From an uncultured Rikenellaceae bacterium (GTDB taxonomy: Bacteria > Bacteroidota > Bacteroidia > Bacteroidales > VadinHA17), in assembly GCA_964446825.1 (NCBI GenBank), contig CAYUQR010000001.1, positions 94,767-158,766 on the forward strand: 64,000 nt of DNA. The letters run 5' to 3'. The first letter of the stretch is position 1; each line of letters begins with the position of its first letter. The position numbers were made by a program, and so were the translations under genes. The notes beneath the pieces are model-generated. The model ran no database searches. It worked only from the letters and a program-made list of their open reading frames with translations, and was not told the DNA's origin. Positions 57,879 to 64,000 of this stretch are shown in pieces.

Positions 57879-59480
57879 GTGGAAAAACTGACATTAAAGG
57901 AAAAAATCGGCTATGCCCTTGGCGACGGGGCTGCAAACATAGCCTGGAGAGGAGTTTCAACCTTTCTGCTTATCTTTTATACTGATGTTTTTGGAATAAA
58001 TCCCGCGGCTGTAGGATTACTCCTGTTAATCGCCCGTTTCAGCGATGGTGTGAGCGATATTGCCATGGGAATTATCGGTGACAGAACCAATACCAAATAT
58101 GGTAAATTTCGGCCATGGATATTATGGACGGCAATCCCTTTAGGTGTCATACTCTCTTTGCTTTTCACGAGTCCGAACTTCAACCCTACAGGTAAAATAA
58201 TCTATGCCTATACAACCTATATTCTGTTTACTCTGGTTTACACCGCGAACAACATTCCTTACGGTGCTCTTATGGCCGTTATGACGGGTGACGATAAGGA
58301 ACGTACAAGTCTTGGCTCGTATCGTATGGTTGGCGCTTTTGCCGGAGGCATGCTGGTTCAGGGAGCTTTGTTATTTCTGGTGGCTCACTTTGGGAATATA
58401 AGTCCCACCATAGCTGTAAGCAAACTAGATGCCAAAAAATATGAAATAACGGTATCATCGCCGAAGGATGTGGAAAATGTGAACATCAGGACTAAAAATG
58501 GGTTTGCAATGTTTTCATGGGCTGATACTTCAATGAAGGCGGGCGATAATGTTCCTACCAGGGGAAAAAGCTTTTCAATGACGGCGCATAAAGATTATTC
58601 GTTTATCGTAAATGGTGAAGATAAGATAGATGCCGGAACCATTTCGATTATTGACCAGAAAAAAGGTTACAGTAATTCAATTTACCTTCTGTCTGTTTTC
58701 CTGGCGTTGTTCCTGATCATTACATTCTATTCAACGAAGGAACGGGTGACACCACCTAAAGCCCAGGAAACAAATCTGGGAAAGGACCTGAATGATCTGA
58801 TCAGAAACAGGCCCTGGATAATTCTGTTACTTATTGGTCTGATATTTCAAATTTATAACTCCATAAAACAGGGCATTGTTGTGATCTATTTTTCACATTA
58901 TTTGCACCATCAGCTGCTGGCTGCATCGTATATGATAGGATTAATGATTGCCTCCATTGGAGGCGCCATGATAACGTCCCCGCTGGCAAGAAGACTGGGC
59001 AAGCGTAATCTTTTTATTTATGCATTAATCTTTTCAGGAATAGTAAATGCATTGCTTGTGTTTTGTGGACCGGATAATATCAAGATTATTTTTGCTATTG
59101 GAATAGTCTCTGAGGCTGCAGCTGCTATATTTCCCACTCTGTTTTTTGCCATGCTTGGCGATGCTGCTGATTACTCTGAGTTTAAAAACGGAAGAAGGGC
59201 CACCGGGCTAATTTATTCTGCAGGTTCTTTCTCAACCAAGCTGGGTGGCGGTGTAGCCGGTGCTATTATTGGTTTTGTGCTGGCAGCATATAATTATAAC
59301 GGACAGGATGCTGTTGCCATACAGGGTGCTGTTCCGGGCATAATAATGCTTATGAGCTGGATCCCGGCAATCATTGCACTGATGGGAGCCACCTTAATGA
59401 CAATCTATCCGCTGAATCAGAAAAAAATGGATGAGATTACAGTGGAATTATCTCACAGAAGAGCGGCAGAGCTGTCTTAG
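57879..59480 (+). CDS. GPH-family (glycoside-pentoside-hexuronide) cation symporter with enlarged TM5-TM6 loop
   Basis: 'KEKIGYALGDGAAN', 'RFSDGVSDIAMG', 'KYGKFRPW', 'DDKERTSLGSYR'. GTG start at 57879. Confidence 0.85.
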   Translation: MEKLTLKEKIGYALGDGAANIAWRGVSTFLLIFYTDVFGINPAAVGLLLLIARFSDGVSDIAMGIIGDRTNTKYGKFRPWILWTAIPLGVILSLLFTSPNFNPTGKIIYAYTTYILFTLVYTANNIPYGALMAVMTGDDKERTSLGSYRMVGAFAGGMLVQGALLFLVAHFGNISPTIAVSKLDAKKYEITVSSPKDVENVNIRTKNGFAMFSWADTSMKAGDNVPTRGKSFSMTAHKDYSFIVNGEDKIDAGTISIIDQKKGYSNSIYLLSVFLALFLIITFYSTKERVTPPKAQETNLGKDLNDLIRNRPWIILLLIGLIFQIYNSIKQGIVVIYFSHYLHHQLLAASYMIGLMIASIGGAMITSPLARRLGKRNLFIYALIFSGIVNALLVFCGPDNIKIIFAIGIVSEAAAAIFPTLFFAMLGDAADYSEFKNGRRATGLIYSAGSFSTKLGGGVAGAIIGFVLAAYNYNGQDAVAIQGAVPGIIMLMSWIPAIIALMGATLMTIYPLNQKKMDEITVELSHRRAAELS

Positions 59481-59529
59481 ATAAAAAACAACATATATAA
59501 AAAAGTATTATAACAATAAAAACAGGAAG

Positions 59530-61968
59530 ATGAAATTTGGACATTTTGACGACAGGAACCGCGAATATGTAATAACCAATCCTAAAACGCCATGGCCATG
59601 GATTAACTACCTGGGCAACGAAGATTTTTTCTCGCTTATCTCTAATACTGCCGGGGGTTATTCATTTTATAAAGACGCCAAATTCCGAAGGATAACCCGC
59701 TACCGTTATAACAATGTACCTATTGACAGTGGCGGAAGATATTTCTATATCAGAGACGGTGATACCACCTGGTCGCCGGGGTGGAAACCGTGTAAAACAA
59801 GGCTCGACAGCTATGAATGCCGTCACGGGATGAACTATACGATTATTAAAGGTGAGAAAAACGGAATAAAAGCCAATGTCCTGTTTTTTGTGCCACTGAA
59901 GACATGGGCAGAAGTACAGAAACTGACACTTACCAATAATTCAGGGGAAACGAAAAAGCTGATGATATTTTCTTTTGTTGAGTGGTGCCTGTGGAATGCA
60001 GCCTCCGATATGGAAAACTTCCAGAGAAACTTCTCTACCGGGGAGGTCGAAATTCAGGGCTCTGTCATTTACCATAAAACAGAATACAAGGAGAGACGCG
60101 ATCATTACGCCTATTATTCTGTGAATACTCCTGTTAGCGGCTATGATACAGACAGGGAGTCTTTCTTCGGTCTTAATAATGGTTTTGATGAACCACAGGT
60201 AGTTGCTGAGGGCAAATCGCGTAATACAGAGGCTCATGGCTGGTCTCCCATTGCTTCTCATTTTATCGAAGTTGAACTGAATCCGGGTGAGTCGAAAGAT
60301 TTCATTTTTGTACTGGGATACGTGGAAAACAGCGATGATGAAAAATGGGAATCAAAAAATATTATCAATAAGAAAAAGGCTAAGGAAACAATTGCCAGGT
60401 TTAATACTGCGGCAAAGGTTGATGCTGCCCTGGCCGATCTTCGCAGATACTGGAATAACCTGCTAAGTATCTACACAGTTGATACAGGAGACGAAAAGCT
60501 GGACAGGATGGTCAATATCTGGAACCAGTACCAGTGTATGATCACTTTCTGCTTTTCACGTTCAACTTCATTTTTCGAATCAGGTATCGGAAGGGGAATG
60601 GGTTTCCGCGACTCAAACCAGGACCTGATAGGTTTTGTTCACCAGATACCGGAACGAGCCAGGGAAAGGATTATTGATATTGCCTCCACCCAGTTTCCTG
60701 ATGGTGGTTGCTATCACCAGTACCAGCCTCTTAATAAGCGAGGCAATAATGATATTGGCGGTGGTTTCAATGATGACCCTATGTGGCTTATCCTCGGGAC
60801 GGTCAGTTATATAAAGGAAACAGGTGATTTTGGTATTCTCGATGAAAAGGTCCCGTTCGATAATGATATGTCTGTGGCCCGGAGCCTGTTTGACCACCTG
60901 ACAGTTTCCTTCGATCACGTGGTTAATAACCGCGGTCCGCACGGACTTCCGCTTATTGGCCGTGCAGACTGGAACGACTGCCTGAACCTGAACTGTTTTT
61001 CCAGCGATCCGAATGAATCGTTCCAGACCACTGAAAATAAAGCAGAAGGAAGCAAAGCCGAATCGGTAATGATAGCGGGTCTCTTTGTGGTTTATGGCAG
61101 GGATTATGTTGAACTCTGTAAAAAGCTAGGTAAGGAGGACGAGGCGTTGAGGGCACAGAAACATGTGGATGAAATGACAGAGGTCATTATAAAGTATGGA
61201 TGGGACGGGGAATGGTTTATCAGGGCATACGATTATTATGGTCGTAAAGTTGGAAGCAATGAAAACGAAGAAGCCAAAATATTCATAGAATCAAACGGAT
61301 GGTGCACCATGGCCGGAATTGGAAAAGAAGAAGGCCTCTGCACCAAAGCACTCAACTCGGTAAAGGAAAGACTCGACTGCGAGCATGGAATTGTGCTTAA
61401 TAATCCGGCATTTACACGGTACTATATTGAATACGGTGAAATATCTTCTTATCCTCCGGGATACAAGGAAAATGCAGGTGTTTTCTGTCATAATAACCCA
61501 TGGATAATGATCGGCGAAACAGTAGCAGGCAATGGTAACAGAGCATGGGAATATTATCGCAAAATCTGTCCTTCATACCTTGAGGAGATAAGCGAATTGC
61601 ATAAGACAGAGCCTTATGTTTATGCCCAGATGGTTGCAGGGAAAGATGCCTTTAAGCCAGGTGAAGCCAAAAACTCATGGCTAACGGGTACGGCTTCATG
61701 GAATTTTTATGCAATCACACAATTCATCCTGGGCATAAAACCTGACTATGATGGTCTTGTTATAGATCCATGTATACCGGATCACTGGAAAGGATTTAAA
61801 GTTAGCAGAAAATTCAGGGGAACCATTTATAATATCGAAGTTGCAAATCCTCATTCAAAATCCAAAGGGGTTAAGGAGATTACAGTAGACGGGAAACTTA
61901 TTTCAACAAATGTGATACCCTTGTTTGAAGATGCCAGGACTCATATCATAAAAGTTACACTGGGGTAG
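59530..61968 (+). CDS. GH94 glycoside phosphorylase (cellobiose/chitobiose phosphorylase family)
   Basis: '[29 protein letters not shown]' matches the characteristic cellobiose-phosphorylase N-terminus. 'GFRDSNQD' and 'RADWNDCLN' are also present. Exact substrate not assignable. Confidence 0.88.
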   Translation: MKFGHFDDRNREYVITNPKTPWPWINYLGNEDFFSLISNTAGGYSFYKDAKFRRITRYRYNNVPIDSGGRYFYIRDGDTTWSPGWKPCKTRLDSYECRHGMNYTIIKGEKNGIKANVLFFVPLKTWAEVQKLTLTNNSGETKKLMIFSFVEWCLWNAASDMENFQRNFSTGEVEIQGSVIYHKTEYKERRDHYAYYSVNTPVSGYDTDRESFFGLNNGFDEPQVVAEGKSRNTEAHGWSPIASHFIEVELNPGESKDFIFVLGYVENSDDEKWESKNIINKKKAKETIARFNTAAKVDAALADLRRYWNNLLSIYTVDTGDEKLDRMVNIWNQYQCMITFCFSRSTSFFESGIGRGMGFRDSNQDLIGFVHQIPERARERIIDIASTQFPDGGCYHQYQPLNKRGNNDIGGGFNDDPMWLILGTVSYIKETGDFGILDEKVPFDNDMSVARSLFDHLTVSFDHVVNNRGPHGLPLIGRADWNDCLNLNCFSSDPNESFQTTENKAEGSKAESVMIAGLFVVYGRDYVELCKKLGKEDEALRAQKHVDEMTEVIIKYGWDGEWFIRAYDYYGRKVGSNENEEAKIFIESNGWCTMAGIGKEEGLCTKALNSVKERLDCEHGIVLNNPAFTRYYIEYGEISSYPPGYKENAGVFCHNNPWIMIGETVAGNGNRAWEYYRKICPSYLEEISELHKTEPYVYAQMVAGKDAFKPGEAKNSWLTGTASWNFYAITQFILGIKPDYDGLVIDPCIPDHWKGFKVSRKFRGTIYNIEVANPHSKSKGVKEITVDGKLISTNVIPLFEDARTHIIKVTLG

Positions 61969-62053
61969 ATTGGATGTCTCCCGGATACAAAATATTGCAA
62001 AAGAAATATTACTTTTGGCGGTTTTACTTATTGTAAAATTTAAATTTTATAAA

Positions 62054-64000
62054 ATGAATAAGATTTTAATGGGAATTCTCGCATTTGCATTGCTGGAAGG
62101 ATGTTCTACCAATGTTAAAAACACTGTGGATACAGCAGAAAAGTATCCTGCTCTCGATGTTCAGAATATGGACACCACAATAAAACCGGGAGACGATTTC
62201 TATGACTATGTCAACGGCACATGGATAAAAAACCATCCTATACCGCCAGACAAGAATTCTATCTCTGCATTTGATGAACTGATGGAAAAAAACAGGCATG
62301 ACATCAGGGAAATAATTGAAGAAGCCGCCTCTGACCTTAATGCACTTCCAGGCAGCAATACTCAAAAAATCGGTACATTCTATAATTCGGGAATGGATAC
62401 CGTATCGATCGAACAACAAGGGATAAAACCAATTAAAAAGTTTTTCGATAAAATAGATTCTATCCGTAATATTAATGATGTACAGTCTGTTGCTGCATAT
62501 TTTCAGACTTACCAGATAGGTCCGTTTTTCTATTTGTTTTCGAACCAGGATTCGAAGAACAGCGCCAGTGTGATCGCAGGCTGCTACCAGGCCGGTATAG
62601 GCTTGCCCGACAGGGACTATTATTTCAATAACGACGGGCCAACAAAAAAAATCAGGGAGGAATATATTGTTCATTTAACTAAAATGTTCGAATTGCTGAA
62701 TGATCAGCCGGATGTTGCTGCTAAAAATGCTCAGACTGTTATGAAGATAGAAACTGAGCTGGCTAAAGCTTCATTTACACATGTTGAAAATCAGGATCCG
62801 CAGAAGACCTATAATAAACTTACGCCTGAGGGATTGGCCAAACTTTCCCCTGATATCAACTGGAAATCTTATTTCGCAAATGTAGGTTATGCGGATATTT
62901 CAGAGGTAAATGTGTATCAGCCCTCGTTCCTTAAAGAACTTAGCGCCATGATGAAAACAGTTCCTGTTGACGACTGGAAGACTTTTTTGCGCTGGCATTT
63001 GATTAACAATACTGCAGCTTACCTGAATGATGATTTTGTGAAACAGAATTTTGACTTTTACAGCAAATCATTGTCGGGACAGGAACAGATGAAACCAAGG
63101 TGGAAACGTGTGCTTGATGAAACCAGTTCTGATCTGGGAGAATGCATAGGGCAGTTATATGTACAAAAATACTTCCCCCCCGAAGCAAAACAGAAAATGA
63201 CCAACCTGGTGATGAACCTTAAAAAATCGCTGAAGCAAAGAATTGAAAACCTTACCTGGATGGGTCCTGAAACTAAAAAGGAAGCCATAGCAAAACTCGA
63301 CAAGATGGGTGTTAAAGTAGGCTATCCTGATAAATGGAGAGATTATTCCGGACTTGAGATCACCTCCCAGCCATATGTTCTTAATGTGGCGAATTCCGGG
63401 GCTTTCGATTTCCGCTATTCAATGGACAAGATCGGAAAACCTGTTGATCCCACCGAATGGGGAATGACTCCACAGACCGTTAACGCCTATTATAATCCTA
63501 ACAGGAATGAAATTGTCTTTCCTGCAGGTATTCTCCAGCCTCCTTTCTTTAATATGTATGCCGACGATGCAGTGAACTATGGGGCTATTGGCATGGTAAT
63601 AGGCCATGAGATGACTCATGGATTTGATAATATGGGCAGACAATTTGATAAAGACGGAAACCTGCGTGACTGGTGGACAAAAGATGATTCCAAAGCTTTT
63701 AAAGAGCATACGAAAATGCTCGTTGATCAGTACAACAAGTACGAGGTTCTCGATTCAACATTTGTTAACGGACAACTAACTCTTGGTGAAAACATTGCCG
63801 ATCTTGGTGGAATAACTGTAGCTTTAAATGCCTATAAATTATCACTGCAGGGTAAGGAACAGCCTAAGCCAATTGACGGTTTCACGGATCTGCAGCGCTT
63901 TTTCATGTCGTATGCCCAGATATGGAGAACCAATATGCGCCAAAAAGAACTGAGAAGAAGAGTCAAGACTGATGAGCATTCTCCGGCCAAAATCAGGATA
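62054..64000 (+). CDS. M13 family zinc metallopeptidase (PepO/endothelin-converting-enzyme-like) lipoprotein, 3'-truncated by the window edge
   Basis: Absent from the ORF track because there is no stop in the window. My translation from the ATG at 62054 is open to base 64000 (649 codons). Lipobox 'ALLEGC', 'PGDDFYDYVNGTW', and the zinc motif 'HEMTHGFD' at 63605. Confidence 0.9.
   Translation, partial: MNKILMGILAFALLEGCSTNVKNTVDTAEKYPALDVQNMDTTIKPGDDFYDYVNGTWIKNHPIPPDKNSISAFDELMEKNRHDIREIIEEAASDLNALPGSNTQKIGTFYNSGMDTVSIEQQGIKPIKKFFDKIDSIRNINDVQSVAAYFQTYQIGPFFYLFSNQDSKNSASVIAGCYQAGIGLPDRDYYFNNDGPTKKIREEYIVHLTKMFELLNDQPDVAAKNAQTVMKIETELAKASFTHVENQDPQKTYNKLTPEGLAKLSPDINWKSYFANVGYADISEVNVYQPSFLKELSAMMKTVPVDDWKTFLRWHLINNTAAYLNDDFVKQNFDFYSKSLSGQEQMKPRWKRVLDETSSDLGECIGQLYVQKYFPPEAKQKMTNLVMNLKKSLKQRIENLTWMGPETKKEAIAKLDKMGVKVGYPDKWRDYSGLEITSQPYVLNVANSGAFDFRYSMDKIGKPVDPTEWGMTPQTVNAYYNPNRNEIVFPAGILQPPFFNMYADDAVNYGAIGMVIGHEMTHGFDNMGRQFDKDGNLRDWWTKDDSKAFKEHTKMLVDQYNKYEVLDSTFVNGQLTLGENIADLGGITVALNAYKLSLQGKEQPKPIDGFTDLQRFFMSYAQIWRTNMRQKELRRRVKTDEHSPAKIRI

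Noticed and set aside
62066-62674. 202-aa minus-strand ORF, the only track entry covering this region
   Set aside because: The plus strand here encodes an unmistakable M13 peptidase (lipobox, 'PGDDFYDYVNGTW', HEMTHGFD) open from 62054 to the window end. The track omitted it only because it lacks a stop. The minus ORF is a shadow.

Overview
The window reads as an AT-rich chromosomal segment of a Bacteroidota-type genome. Supporting signs are a TonB-dependent receptor/DUF4249 pair, a long signal-peptide-bearing ATP synthase a-subunit, TAnnTTTG-like -7 promoter boxes, and little Shine-Dalgarno signal. About 57 genes are tightly packed. Most are housekeeping or envelope functions: rpmF-plsX-fabH, an F-type ATP synthase split into atpZ/B/E/F/H/A/G and atpD/C blocks, ettA, yidD, selU, a U32 protein and a ThiF-like E1. 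Signalling genes include an ECF sigma/anti-sigma pair, LytS/LytTR, an orphan kinase, a REC protein and a SpoIIE phosphatase. A loose glycan block holds GH2, a GPH symporter and a GH94 phosphorylase. I found no rRNA, tRNA, CRISPR array, transposase, integrase, phage or recognisable defence genes. Both window edges cut genes. The hybrid kinase at the 5' edge is open from base 1. An M13 peptidase at 62054..64000 is missing from the ORF track because it has no stop codon in the window. Five items stand out. (1) A TetR-controlled six- or seven-gene envelope cluster (LolA-like protein, two large FtsX permeases, ATPase, dedicated beta-barrel, ICMT-like methyltransferase) with no membrane-fusion protein. 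(2) A roughly 200-bp quasi-palindromic array of the word GTCATT/AATGAC, including five copies at exact 11-bp phasing, upstream of the ECF sigma gene. (3) Two distant 29-nt terminator hairpins that differ only by three compensatory base-pair swaps. (4) Several domain-level oddities: a kinase core lacking its phospho-histidine, a GH16-like fold lacking catalytic Glu residues, a GPH symporter with a ~90-aa loop insertion, and an HExxH/propeller/barrel protein. (5) Unusual gene couplings: bactofilin overlapping atpZ, an aromatic amino-acid decarboxylase 6 nt after atpC, and VirJ abutting a TonB receptor. All functional calls rest on motif recognition by eye; no database search was run.
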